Shown here: positions 39,761 through 53,713 of the stretch, one piece after another
How positions within the stretch are numbered: position 1 is the first letter of the stretch
How the letters are laid out: each line of letters begins with the position of its first letter
Source of the DNA: Eledone cirrhosa
Lineage: Eukaryota
Assembly: GCA_964016885.1 (NCBI GenBank)
Contig: OZ024745.1
Span: 81,344,001-81,408,000, forward strand
Direction: 5' to 3'
DNA: 64,000 nucleotides
The notes under the pieces: generated by a model
The model's input: the letters and a program-made list of their open reading frames with translations, nothing else
Told to the model about the DNA's origin: nothing
The model's database searches: none
Position numbers and translations under genes: made by a program

Positions 39761-40398
39761 TGGGCCAGCGCCGTGCGATCAACTTTTCAAAGAAGACAAG
39801 GCTAGCATCTTCCTCTTTCTCTTCATCTTCCTCCTCCCGCCTTCACTAATTCTCTTCCTCTTTATGTCTCGTTTATTTATCTATCTCTTACCCTCACCCG
39901 CTTTAAACTCCTCTCAGTATCTTCATGAATAGCAAAATAGACAACATAATTATGGGAAGAAGCCAAGAAAGAAAAACAAATTGTCTAGACGGTTTTCTTA
40001 CGCTGGCAATAGTAGCGGCCGAGCTTTCATAAATGTACAGGCAGGAAGGAAGGAGAAGAGAAAACGCGAGAGAAGACAAGAAACGTCTCACTTAAGGTAG
40101 AAACATGTGCGTGTATGTATGTATATACATATGTATATATAGTAAAGGGCCCTTAACTCCTGATAGAGTCGTAGGGGCGCCGTCATAACACATAGCAGCG
40201 TGTCTTGGACATTTTAAACCCGGCGGGGTCCGCCCCTTTCCAAGTCGGAACACAATTCATTTCTTCCAAAGAAAGAGAGTAAGATTCGACCCCAGTATTG
40301 GATTGGTACTTTATTTATCGACCACGAATGTGTATGTGTGTGTGCATACACACACGTGTATGTATATATACTTACACACACACACACACACAGAAGAA

Positions 40399-40454
<56 letters not shown>

Positions 40455-40455
<1 letters not shown>

Positions 40456-40722
40456 GGAGCTTCCAACAGTAATGGTTGCATTTTTTAAGGGTATGTCAAT
40501 ATTTATTTATAAAACTGATCTATATTATATTTTATCTGATGAAAGCACACCATAATTTGACTTGGTGTCCTTGAAATATGTATAATGAAATAAATATGGT
40601 TTTATAAATATAGTTTCCATTTGTTAATATCGTATTTTTACTCCAAATATTTGTTGAGTGCTTTATACAGTTATAAAAATATTTGCTTGTTGTATCCCAA
40701 CAATTTAAATAGAACTTTTACA
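40455..40722 (+). mobile_element. Solo family 2 pLTR with HHR at 40528-40592
   Basis: Homologous to 10485-10745. tattttat-CTGATGA-aagcacacca..tggtgtcctt-GAAA-tatgta-TA-atgaaata. Confidence 0.8.
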
Positions 40723-40859
40723 TATATATATATATATGTATATATATATACATTGACACATGTATACATGTGTCTGTGAGTGTGCGTGTGTGTGTGTGTG
40801 TGTACAAGAGGGGTGAAAGTTGAAACGGGTGAGCAATTGAGGAAGGGTGTTTGGTAGGT

Positions 40860-41480
40860 GCGTGGCGAGGAAGTTAGCAGTGAGGTGGTGATGGAGATAG
40901 TGTGGTTGTGACGATATGATAGTGGTGAGTGGTGAAGAATGTTGATGCTGGTGGTATTGGAGATAGTGCTTGTGGCGGTGCTGTTGGTGCTAGTAGTGCC
41001 GATGGACGTGGAGCCGGTGATGATGGCGCTGCTGGTAGTGGTGGTGATGGTAATGGTGGTGCTCGTTGGCGATGCTGTTGGTGCTGCAGGTGGTGATGGT
41101 GGTGGCGGTACTGGGTGCCGGTGGTGATGGCAGTGCTGATGGTGGTGGTGGTTATGCTGCAGGTGGGTGACGGTGGTGGCTATGCTGGGGGTGGGTTTGA
41201 TGTAGATGGTAGTGATGATGGTGGTGGTGGTGGTGGTGGTGGTGGTGGTGCTGCTGCTGCTGTTGCTGGTGGTGATCGTGGTGATGTTGTTGTTGGTGGT
41301 GGTGGTGGTGATGCTGCTGCTGATGATTATGGTGCTGTTGGTGGTGATGTAGATGGCAGTGATGATGATGGCGGTGCTGTTAGGGGTAATGACGGCAATG
41401 ATGAGGGGGTGATGCTGGTGATATGATAGCACTGCCTTGTGCTGTTGGCAGTGTTTATACTGGTGGTGGTCGTCACGAGT
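40860..41480. repeat. GGT/GAT/GCT trinucleotide low-complexity tract
   Basis: Direct inspection. Confidence 0.9.
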
Positions 41481-42104
41481 GTGGTTGTTCAGGAAGGTTT
41501 AAGAATGGAAGAGATGATGAATAAAAGTTTTGCTTTTCCTACAGAGCAGCTAACATGTGCGCTTTCGTTTTGTGTCTAAGAATGTGCTCATATGCACACA
41601 CACACACACACACATATCTAGATATATATTTATATAATATATTTGTATATATTATATATATTATATCTAAATATATATTATATATATATATAATACACAT
41701 ATTATAAATATATATATATATAATATACAAACACATATTTATATATACACATACATGCATACATGTATATATATATATATCAATAAAAATATATATCAAT
41801 AAAAAATGTATTATATATATAAATCAATAAAAATTCGAGGCCATATTCATTTGGTTTTGGTTTATTAAAATCCGTAATATACATTTCGTTAAGGACTATC
41901 AATTATGACAGCCTGAGATTCTCAAACCGTAAACCTAAAAAACACTGAAATATTATAAAAAGCTTTAAATTTGGAAAAGGTTTACCTTTCTTGTATTGAT
42001 ACAGACCGTTATGTGGTCCGCACATCCATGTTCGGTTAACCCCTTGCTATATATATATATATTGGTTATCAGCTGTCTACGTATTTCAATCCCTACACAA
42101 AACA

Positions 42105-42494
42105 CACACACACACATATATATATATGAACATGTACACACACACATATATAATATGTGTGTGTGTGTGTTTTCATATTTGTAACAGTACCTCTGTTTAT
42201 GTATGTATACATGTGTGTGTACACACACACACATACACACACAAACATATATATATATATATGAACATGTACACACACACATATATAATATATGTGTGTG
42301 TGTGTGTTTTCATATTTGTAACAGTACCTCTGTTTATGTATGTATACACGTGTGTGTACACGTACACACATACACACACAAACATATATATATATATATG
42401 AACATGTACACACACACATATATAATATATGTGTGTGTGTGTGTTTTCATATTTGTAACAGTACCTCTGTTTATGTATGTATACATGTGTGTGT

Positions 42495-42590
<96 letters not shown>
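42105..42590. repeat. About 136-bp minisatellite in three copies
   Basis: atgaacatgtacac recurs at 42126, 42261 and 42398. Confidence 0.9.
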
Positions 42591-42593
<3 letters not shown>

Positions 42594-42671
42594 AGGTAAG
42601 TTATTCCGGGTTGAATCGGAGGTAACTGCAGTAAGGTACTCAATACATAGCAGAGTATAAAAGTGTTAATA

Positions 42672-42772
42672 TAGATGAGATTCTACAGGACTAGAACTGT
42701 TTCATTCTTTAGAAATCATCAGGAATCTGGTGATTTCTAAAGAATGAAACAGTTATAGTCCTGTAGAATCTC

Positions 42773-42778
<6 letters not shown>
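42672..42778. repeat. Palindrome built from a truncated HHR-bearing pLTR
   Basis: About 48-bp arms. Minus arm reads CTGATGA-t(ttc taaa gaa)t-GAAA-cagt-TC, lacking the 5' strand of stem I. Confidence 0.75.
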
Positions 42779-42811
<33 letters not shown>

Positions 42812-42988
42812 TATATAGTGAAAGAGTGAAGAATACCATGGTGAACAGTACAAAAAGGGTTTTATTTACAGTATTAACAATTGTTTCACTGGATTACCTA
42901 TAACGATAACTTGTTATCCCTTAAATACATATATCAATATATGTATATATATACACACACATAGAAGAAGAAGAATATATATATATGT

Positions 42989-43088
<100 letters not shown>

Positions 43089-43194
43089 ATGTCTGTGTGT
43101 GTGGGGGGGGGCTGTGTGGTTAAGGAGTTCGCTTCGAAAGCACGTGGTTTTAGCTTCAGTCATACTGTGTGGCTCCTTTGTAAGTGTGTGTATA

Positions 43195-43405
43195 TATTGC
43201 AAATTTGGACAATTTAGTTGTAGTGATTAGTTTAGCTTTTTGCACTCTAAAATGGTCAGAAAACTTCCATATGCGATAAACATGACATGTACATAAATTG
43301 TAGTGCATGTCCAAATAGATGTGTGTTTTGGTAGTTTGGGGAGAAAATATAATTATTGGAGCGAGGGTGGCATTCTCCTCTTTCCTCCAGTTCCACCGCC
43401 ACTGT
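43195..43405 (-). repeat. MITE-like interspersed repeat
   Basis: Homologs at 56403-56525 and 62855-63110. Terminus CAGTGGCGGTGGAAC. Confidence 0.6.
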
Positions 43406-43508
43406 ATATATATAATTTTAAAAAAATTATGCTCTGTGGGGTTAATATATCGAGCTCCTTCGCATTTGGTAAGAAATGGTATTATACCCAATTTATTCAT
43501 CTCCTATA

Positions 43509-43624
<116 letters not shown>

Positions 43625-43879
43625 AATGAAAGGTATAGAAGAAAACACTGCAGCGGAAAGCCAACAGCATTCCATAATATATAAGTGACTATAGCGTCAA
43701 AATGGGAAAAATAGTTAACGTAGGATGTGGGAAAAATAATTCAAACTCATCTCAAAGAGAATCAGGATATAAATTCATCCACAGAATTTAGTGAAATCCA
43801 GGGAAAAATCAATAGAGCCTTAACTCATGATAAAATAAAGTTTAAAATACTCATCCTTCAATTTGGAAAAACTTCAAAT

Positions 43880-43959
43880 GCTCTGTATAGTCTTAAAGAC
43901 TATTTCATGAAAACTTTCAGTGGAGATGGTCACGGTTGGAATTCAATCCTCAGCAGAGC
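43880..43959 (-). ncRNA. Type I hammerhead ribozyme with full stem III
   Basis: Minus strand: gctctg-CTGAGGA-t(tgaa..ttca)t-GAAA-tagtc tttaa gacta-TA-cagagc. Confidence 0.85.
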
Positions 43960-44507
43960 TCAACTCGATAACCAGGATTCTCACAGATTTATATGCCAAA
44001 AAGGGAATTTTAAAACAGGCCAGTTTACCATCATGCGTGATTATGAAAAACGCACATGAGGAAAGACATGGCTAGTGACGTCAGAATGAGATGAATGTTT
44101 GTTTACAAGAAACAACAGTTAAAAACATTCCGAAAAAAACTCTACAAAAAGAGTTCAGCAAAAAGCAATATTATCGCAGTTTTTTATAAAAAAAACCGGG
44201 ATTAGTCACAAATAATTTAAGCACTCTAGGAAAAAAATCAGAGTATAAATATATAAATGAAAGGTATAGAAAACACTGCAGCGAAAAGCCAACAGCACTC
44301 CATAATATATAAGTGACTATAGCGTCAAAATGGGAAAAATAGTTAACGTAAGATGTGGGAAAAATAATTCAAACTCATCTCAAAGAGAATCAGGATATAA
44401 ATTCATCCACAGAATTTAGTGAAATCCAGGGAAAAATCAATAGAGCCTTAACTCATGATAAAATAAAGTTTAAAATACTCATCCTTCAATTTGGAAAAAC
44501 TTCAAAT

Positions 44508-44584
44508 GCTCTGTATAGTCTTAAAGACTATTTCATGAAAACTTTCAGTGGAGATTGTCACGTTTGGAATTCAATCCTCAGAGC
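44508..44584 (-). ncRNA. Second HHR copy with a 3-nt deletion in stem I
   Basis: Same core, but cctcagcagagc has become cctcagagc. Confidence 0.65.
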
Positions 44585-45079
44585 TCAACTTGATAACCAG
44601 AATTCTCACAGATTTATATGGGAATTTTAAAACAGGCCAGTTTACCATCATGCGTGATTATGAAAAACGCACATGAGGAAAGACATGGCTAGTGACGTCA
44701 GAATGAGATGAATGTTTGTTTACAAGAAACAACAGTCAAAAACATTCCGAAAAAAACTCTACAAAAGGAGTTCAGCAAAAAGCAATATTATCGCAGTTTT
44801 TATATATATATATACACACTCAAATTCATTTATTATGGCTATTGGTGAGCTTTTTTACTCTAATGTTTCACCTGCGCACTCAGGATCACCAGTCTTGCCT
44901 GGTGAGTACAGAGTAACAAGACTTAGCCATAATAAATGAATATTCAAAGTCTACTTCGGTATTGAGTTTTCATTCTTACGCCCGTCAATTAACTCACGTT
45001 TTTATCCCACTCCGCCCGCTTATTAAATTTTGCCACTCTAACTCCGGCGAAATTTTATTGTAAGTGATTCATATTGATA

Positions 45080-45242
45080 CAAGGCCAGCAATTATCTCAG
45101 TGTATTACTGGTACTTTATTTTATCGACTCCGTAAGGATGAAAGGCAAAGTTAACCTCGGCGGGATTTGAACCAAGACCGTAAAGGGCCGTAACTCTATA
45201 CTGAAAAGCATGGCGTCCGACCCTCTACCGACACTGCCAATT
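45080..45242 (-). mobile_element. tRNA-derived SINE
   Basis: Reverse complement of the dominant SINE. Confidence 0.88.
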
Positions 45243-45389
45243 TTATTTTACATTAAAAAAACATTATATATGACAAAAGAACTTTTCAAGATATTCCATA
45301 TTTACGAACGTACACAATATAATTACTGATTTCCAAAGCCCACTCCTCCTTATTATTTCCCCCTCCTATTATTTTGGACCCGAGAGTGT

Positions 45390-45745
45390 CACCAAACTCT
45401 CCTCCTCTCTATGTCTATAACACAAAACTCTCTTTTAAGCCCCCTCTCTGATCTACTAAAACCAAACTCTACCCTGTCTATATCTACCACGACACCGCCT
45501 CTCTTATTCCACTCTCTATATCTAAGACTAATACACTCTCTCACTCTCTATAAATATCTACACTTATCTCTCCCATTATCCCCCTCTCTATAGCTACTAC
45601 ACGGCACTCTCCCATTATCCCTCTCTGTATATCTACAACCACCAAAATCTCCCCCTCTGTATATCTACTACACGGAACTCTCTTCCAATCCCCCTTTCTA
45701 TATCTAATACACGGAACTCTCTTCCAATGCCCCTCTCTATATCAA
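45390..45745. repeat. Degenerate 33-35 bp minisatellite (ctctctatatct..)
   Basis: Reverse complement of the arrays at 56530-56660 and 62490-62850. Confidence 0.75.
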
Positions 45746-45769
45746 TAAACATCAGTTATGTTTGTGTAG

Positions 45770-46180
45770 GGAACGAAACTGCACGCCCATGCGGACAGCT
45801 GATAACCATTACTTGTGTCGTCCGAGTACCAATTCTGTTCTTTATTTGCCCGTTCCTGTGCTTCTGTCATAGGGGTAAATATTCCGTTTCGGTCAAGAAT
45901 GACCATGGGTTTTACACTTAGAAAGTACCCTTCTGTGGTTCAAGTCCAGGAAAGGTTGTTTACGGAAGACCAGCAGTCGGCCATGCATATCAGTCTCTTC
46001 TCCCCACACACAGATGTTGTCCAAAGGAAAAGCAAAGGCCGATACAACACCAGTGACGTTATCAGCCATTTCTACAGCTGAGTGAAATAAAATGTCTTGC
46101 TCAAGAACTCAATACACGGCTCCATCTGAGAATCCAACTCAACCTCATGTTTCTGAATCCAACTCTCTAACCGTGCCTTC
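45770..46180 (-). mobile_element. Copy of a second SINE family
   Basis: cagctgagtgaa..tgtcttgctcaagaa core. A related plus-strand copy lies at 52097-52370. Confidence 0.6.
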
Positions 46181-46220
<40 letters not shown>

Positions 46221-46225
<5 letters not shown>

Positions 46226-48578
46226 GTTTGAATATGTATAATAAAGCCAAAAGAATGCAGGTATGGACATAGAAAAAAGAATGCAATTGCAAAAGATATT
46301 GTTGACAATTCGTCTTTTACCTTAGATTTATTTTAAACGTCCTTAATTTTCGAGATAATATCTCTTCTTCAGAGGGAAATAAAGGTCTCAAACCAGCGTT
46401 CTAAATATCTTGCCAAGCCATGCTGCCAGGAAATAGTATAGAGTATCTGTTCTCGAAAAACAGACCAACTCCATTTGGTTCGATATCTGTAGGAGAAGAC
46501 AACTCCCAAATAAAGTTAAGCTCAACTACACCACTAGAAATAGCAGACTGCCCACTTTCTACCACCTCATCAAGACCCACAAGAATAAGACTAAGACGCA
46601 AATAAGACCCATCGTCTCTAGCATAGAAGGACCCCTATACAAAATTTCCTGGCTCCTCTCCCAGGTCCTCAAGCCTCTACTCGCCACCTTTCCCGGGCAT
46701 GTCAATAGCTCCGACGAAGTTATACGTAGACTACACCAACTCCAGCCAGAACAACTTAAACTAAATAAATACGCTTTTAGCCTCGACGTTGTCTCACTCT
46801 ACACTACAGTCCCCGCTCACCCAGCTGTCGATTTATTGACGGACTGCGTGGTCGCAGAGGACATCAACTGCTACGGCCTCCACCCGACGGACATACACCA
46901 GCTTTTGTCCTTCACAGTAGACAACACGTACTTCACCTTCCACCACCACACATACAGACAGACAACAGGATTACCCATGGGATCCAGCCTATCGGGCCTG
47001 ATGGCCATCACCTACATGAACCAGCTAGAATGCCGAGCCCTCAACACCTGCCATTCCCATGCCTTCTTCACCCGATATGTAGATGACATACTCATCCTCA
47101 CATCATCCCGTGAGGAGGCAGATAAAATATACACAACATTCTCCAGCATGGACGCCAGTATAAAGTTCAGCATGGAACACCCCGACGACCGCGGATCCCT
47201 ATCCCTACTGGACTTCCAACTCAGGGTAACAGAGGAAGGCAACATCCACACCTGCTTCTATAAAAAAGCCGCCAGCAGGGACCTGTTCGTACATTTCAGA
47301 TCGGCCCTCCCACTCGGTGCCAAGTTCGGATACATAAGGAACGAACTGGCACGTATCCGGAACAAATGCACCGACGCTAGAGACCGAGACACACACACCA
47401 CACATTTCCTGGAAGTAATCAAACTGAACGGATACACGACATCCACCACAAACCGTGCCAGAAAGAACAGAGGACACCACACCCGAGGCACTAACACTTG
47501 CTTCCTGAAGCTCCCACATTTCAGTGAAGAAACAACAACAGCCATCCGCAGAGCCATCAGACGAGAAGGACTAGATATCCAACTGGCCCACTCAGGTCCT
47601 TCTCTGCGCGGACCGATAGCCAAAAGACACTCCACCAGACATGACAACTGCTGCAGACTAGCCAACTGCCCCATCAACGACACAGACCTATGCCACCAGG
47701 CTTAGGTCGTATACAGACTAGAGTGTGACAAATGCAACAACTTCTACGTAGGTAGCACCACCAGACCACTCCACATAAGAATAAAAGAACACCTCAATAC
47801 TAACGCTTCCTCATTTAAGAAACACCTAGTTAAATGCAAAAACACCGACAAAACCATAACAGTTAGGATAGAAACTAAGGAAAGAAACCTCGGCAATCTT
47901 AGAATTAAGGAAGCACTAATTATAGATAAAACACAACCACCTATCAATAATAGACTAGAACTCAACACCCAATTTATAACCTGATAGGGCTTCTAGCCCC
48001 ATATTTACACACCCCATACACACACACGCACGCACACACACACACGCCTACACCTCCACTTATTCTCTCTCACACATACACACACAAAACCAGTTCTAAC
48101 ACCAGATAACACCTATCCCCCACATTTACGAATAGACTTATCTTCTCACACACACACACACTCACATACTTACACCTTCATGCATTCTCCCACACACTTA
48201 AACAGGCATGTATATAAAAAAATAAAAAAAACCCTAAACAAACCCCTTTTAAAGGGAGACTACTCTTTATCCACCTAATTTTAACTCTTTGACATTAGAG
48301 ATAGAACAGATACTCTATACTATTTCCTGTCAGCATGGCTTGGCAAGATATTTAGAACGCTGGTTTGAGACCTTTACTTCCCTCTGAAGAAGAGATATTA
48401 TCTCGAAAATTAAGGACGTTTAAAATAAATCTAAGGTAAAAGACGAATTGTCAACAATATCTTTTGCAATTGCATTCTTATTTCTATGTCCATACCTGCA
48501 TTGTTTTGGCTTTATTATACATATTCAAACGTTTATACCTCATTACACAATGCTTCAAGTGAACTATAACCTCCTCCT
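46221..48578 (+). mobile_element. 5'-truncated PLE of family 4 with inverted pLTR
   Basis: 46221-46452 is the reverse complement of 48305-48535. Candidate HHRs at 46341-46375 (-) and 48381-48415 (+). Confidence 0.92.
46452..47984 (+). pseudogene. PLE RT plus GIY-YIG with one in-frame stop
   Basis: FYHLIKTHK, IRPIVS, SLDVVSLYT, GLPMGS and RYVDD. TAG at 47703-47705, then VVYRLEC..FYVGST. Confidence 0.92.
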
Positions 48579-49326
48579 ATATATATATATATATAAATAA
48601 AGTTTCAGCGAGAATCGTATTTTCGACGGGCAGGAAAAGCCAAGCGAAACGCAAATATATATATATATATATATATATATAATAACTAGAAATTGATTAA
48701 CATATATATAAATAAATATAAACATGAATAATCACAGGAGATAATTTTTACAAGCGTGTAACCACGCATAGCTAGGTAGGTAACAAATAAATAAAGTTGA
48801 CTAGAACTTCAAAAATAGATACCTTTTAATATGATTAATCTTCCCTGTATATATTCCATTAAAGAAATATATTTCACCAATTAATCAGATGGTAAGTCAC
48901 AGAAAGTGGATATTATTGCATTATCAACAAGGAAGAACAATATTCCAACAATCCATGCTTACACAGCGAGTTCAAATCTTCAACTGGCCGTTACCACGTG
49001 TTGTTTTTACACATCACAGCGGCTTCGTCTCAGTGGCGTGAATAGGTATTCGACAACTAGAAACAGCAGTCGATTCCTTTCAACAGAGTTAGCTCTACAA
49101 TTAAGGAGCCGTATTTATATATCTATATCCAAAATTAAGATAAATTAAATGAATTTAATACAAATCGAAATTGTGGGTGTCATGCCATAACGGCGTGCGC
49201 CATATCGCCCGGAAAATAAGGTCAAAGATTTTGTAGGTCCGAGCATTTTATAATAACTAGAAATTGATTAACATATATATAAATAAATATAAACATGAAT
49301 AATCACAGGAGATAATTTTTACAAGC

Positions 49327-49359
<33 letters not shown>

Positions 49360-49396
49360 CAAAATTAAGATAAATTAAATGAATTTAATCCAAATC

Positions 49397-49546
<150 letters not shown>

Positions 49547-49552
49547 TATTAT

Positions 49553-49735
49553 TGGATTGGCAGTATCGGTAGAGGGTCGGACGCCATGCTTTCCAGCATA
49601 GTTACGTCCCTTTACGATCTGAGTTCAAATCCCGCGGAGGTTGACTTTGCCGTTCATCCTTACGGGGTCGTTAAAATAAAGTACCAGTAATGTACTGGAT
49701 AATTGCTGGCCTTGTGCCTAAAGTAGAAACAATTA
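49553..49735 (+). mobile_element. tRNA-derived SINE
   Basis: Dominant SINE consensus. Confidence 0.9.
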
Positions 49736-49814
49736 TTATTATTATTAATATATATATATACATATATATATGAGTGTGTAAATGTGAACGTATATATATA
49801 TATATATATATAAA

Positions 49815-50362
49815 CGGAAAAAATGAAACGAAATTTCATTTCCCACTCTTAGTACGGCTGTTACTTAATATAAGTATGTATACGTACATACATATATGTA
49901 TACAGACGTACAGTAGTATGTATATATATATACATACATGCACACATATATATATGTACGTGTGGATTCACCGAACATTTATTATAATGCTCGGTGTGTT
50001 TGTAAACAAACATTCCGAATTAAACCGTAGTGTCTAGCAACCATCGTTGTTCAACACTGACAACACTGTACTAGTTTCAAGCTTATTAGCTATCGTCAGC
50101 AACGTATACCTTCCTGCCAGATGATTGAACGTCTGAAAGTATATACTTTCCTTATGCATATTAACGGCTGAGCAGCCTAATCTGCATATCGAGTGGTTGC
50201 TAGACACTACAGCTTAATGCGGGATGTTTGTTTACAAAAACACCGGGCATTATAATAAATGTTCGGTGTATCCATACGTACATATATATATGTGTGCATG
50301 TATGTATATATATATACATACTACTGTACGTCTGTATACATATATGTATGTACGTATACATA

Positions 50363-50366
<4 letters not shown>
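49815..50366 (-). mobile_element. Copy of the 442-nt HHR repeat with an inverted segment
   Basis: HHR at 50064-50104. 50195-50366 is the reverse complement of 49870-50042. Confidence 0.85.
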
Positions 50367-50450
<84 letters not shown>

Positions 50451-50563
50451 AAGGTTAAACAAGGTTCAATGAATAAATCAATGAATAAATCAAAGAATGA
50501 GTTTTACAATAGATTGACTGAATCTTAACCATCTACTAAGTCAGGGTATGTAATGCATCATCT

Positions 50564-50630
50564 TATTTTATCTGATGAGGACGTACTGTTGAAGATAGCT
50601 CAGTACCTCTGAAATATGTATAATCAAATA
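50564..50630 (+). ncRNA. Candidate type I hammerhead ribozyme
   Basis: tattttat-CTGATGA-ggacgtactg..cagtacctct-GAAA-tatgta-TA-atcaaata, followed by a palindrome at 50627-50740. Confidence 0.65.
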
Positions 50631-50958
50631 TACTTGATCACACGAATGTATATTTTTGTTAATAATTTGAATTAATATATATATATATATATTAATTCAA
50701 AATATTAACAAAAATAGACATTCGTGTGATCAAGTATATTCGGTTTGCTTTTATCCTTCTATGTTGTTTACTTGTCTCACTCGCTTTACGCGACTCACTT
50801 GTCCCAATAGATTTTTTTAGTTATTGCTCGCACCAACCTGAGGTATATGATTTTTAATGCGATGAAATACCAATGATGGTTGGCAAATCACTGACGAGGG
50901 ACTAATTTTATAATATGTAACCCATGTGCAACCACGCAGTATTCCTCTTTCTTCTCAT

Positions 50959-51064
<106 letters not shown>

Positions 51065-51065
51065 G

Positions 51066-51111
<46 letters not shown>

Positions 51112-51965
51112 TATATGTGTGCGTGTGAGAGAGAGTACTTGTATGTGTGTGTGTATATATATATGTAGAATGCATGTTTGTGAGTGTGACAATCCTACTA
51201 AAGGGGTAGTAAGCTAAAGAAAAATTGAAGAAACCGTAGTTTTCTTTCATTTTTTCACTTACTCCGTCTCGCCTTTTCTATCTTTTTCTCTTTCATTCTC
51301 ACTCAGTCTCTCACATTTCCTTACTCTATGTTCACAACAATTGTGTACATGTGTTTGTCCGACATATGTGATGGTGTATGAGTGCATATATGTTGTATAA
51401 ATGTGAGGCGTGTAATGCAAACTTCACATGCATTTGTATATGTGTGAGGGGGAAAGAGTGTAAATTAGTGTGTAAGAAAGAAGGGAAAGGGAGAATTGTG
51501 TGTCGTGTGTGTGAGTGTGTGCTAGAGAGAGAGAAGAAGAGAGAGAGAGGAAGGGAGAGAGAGGAAGAGATAGAGAGGAGGATGGTGAGATTTGTCGACA
51601 ACGTTAAGAGTTTGGCATATGTCGACCGGACGGGAAAGCATCAATACTGACTAAAGGAACCCAGCGAACTTTCATGTAACATGATATATATATATATATA
51701 ATGTAAAATTTGAACAGGAACAAAACAGAGAGGCAGTACAACGAATGTTTATTAATTTCACGCTCTTGAGAGTGAGGTGGTGGTGGGGAACGACGTTTCG
51801 GGAATAAGCCCTTCTTCAGGTGAAAAGTGTGTGGGAAGAGAGTTCAAAGGGTGTGTAGGGGTGTGGTGGAGAGACATATAGCAAAAAGGGGGTGGGAGGA
51901 AACGGTGCTAATGAAAATAAAAATAAAAACATATATTTACCCACATATACACACATACACACATG

Positions 51966-52066
<101 letters not shown>

Positions 52067-52096
52067 CACACACCACACACCACACATATATATGCA

Positions 52097-52370
52097 TTTC
52101 GGCTCATGATCGTAAGGCGGTGAGTTCGATTTACGTTGGCGCTTGTGTCCTTGAGCAAGACATTTTATCTAACGTTGCCCCATTCCACTCAGGTGTCAAA
52201 AATGTGTTGCACTTGTAATTAGAAAGGGTAGCTATGTCACATTATGTGTCACACTGAATCTCTTTGAGAACTACGTTATGGGTACACCTGTAGAGTGCTT
52301 AGCCACTTGCACATTAATTTCAAGAGTAGACGGTTCCATTGATGATCCAATTGGAACATTCGTCATCGGA
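52097..52370 (+). mobile_element. Copy of the second SINE family
   Basis: B box GAGTTCGATT followed by tgtgtccttgagcaagac. Confidence 0.6.
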
Positions 52371-52930
52371 AGATGTGGTTAAGGAGGCGAGAAGTATGAG
52401 TAATGGCAGCTTTCCAGCAGTCACTACACTTCAAAGATTACTCGACCAGGGGGAGTTATAAACAATATATTGAGAAACACACAGATACATGCGGACACAC
52501 ACATATAGATGAATATATCCACATCCATTCTTGAGTTAATGGTGCCAACCTTAACCGATGTTGCTCTATAAATAACTGGGACAAACCAATCCGAATGGAT
52601 TAGACTGAACCAGTATCAGAGCTAAAAGTACGCCTCCGTAGTATTTTTTTCAGGGTTATAAGGGGCTTAGCTCTGTTTCTTGACCATTGTATCACGTGAC
52701 TGACTCCCCCTCCGCCTTTTGGGATTCTATCTCACATCTTATAGACGTGTTCTTGAAGCTAATAAAATGAGGTATCCTCTTGATAAGTCGGCAGACCTCA
52801 CAAAAGCTCTATATCTCTATGATGTATTGTTTTTGATTATGCCACGAAACTACGTAGTCGAGGAATCTAGAAGCAGTTTAGGTATGATACATCTTATTAC
52901 TAATTATATCTAAATGTTTCTTCTCTCTTC

Positions 52931-53002
<72 letters not shown>

Positions 53003-53223
53003 AATCTTAGACGGGAACAAAAACAGAGAGGCAGTACAAATATGAGTTTATTAGGTTCACGCTTTTGCGAGTGGGGGGGCGTTTCGGGCATAAGCCCTTC
53101 ATCAGGAGAAAAGTGGGTAGGAAGAGAGTTCCGAGGGGTGTGTGGGGGAGTGGGGGAAAGACATTTAGAAAAAGGGGGGGGGGAGAAAAGAGAGGGAAAA
53201 CGATTATATATATATATATATAT

Positions 53224-53648
53224 ATATAAGATCAAAAGATGATTAAAAGAGTTCCATGTATTTTATTATGCGCATTTCAAAAACAAATATCATCATGCAA
53301 TAACATTTGCGTTTTCGTCAGATAAAATAGGGAGACATGATATGAAGGTTAAAACACACTTGTGAATAGTGCAGTTTTAAATCAACATATATGATATGTT
53401 GATTTAAAACTGCACTATTCACAAGTGTGTTTTAACCTTCATATCATGTCTCCCTATTTTATCTGACGAAAACGCAAATGTTATTGCATGATGATATTTG
53501 TTTTTGAAATGCGCATAATAAAATACATGGAACTCTTTTAACCATCTTTTGATCTTATATATTATTTATACTCCAGTCCTACAAACTGTAGAGTGCTACT
53601 TATCCGATATCTGCATTGCTTTATTTTACTACAATAAAACTCACCTCC

Positions 53649-53650
<2 letters not shown>
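53224..53650. mobile_element. Palindromic pLTR-like pair with HHRs at 53259-53329 (-) and 53455-53525 (+)
   Basis: About 165-bp arms centred near 53392. tattttat-CTGACGA-stem II-GAAA-tgcgca-TA-ataaaata. Confidence 0.9.

Positions 53651-53713
<63 letters not shown>

Noticed and set aside
40671-41432. 253-aa Thr/His-rich mucin-like ORF
   Set aside because: Trinucleotide low-complexity tract open in several frames, with no splice or domain evidence.
43727-44630. Duplicated 110-aa and 91-aa ORFs
   Set aside because: Non-ATG starts, different C-termini and no recognisable motif. Better explained as antisense to the HHR repeat.
52812-52865. GAAA-ctacgtag-TC-gag HHR 3' half
   Set aside because: The CUGANGA box is defective and stem II is unconvincing.
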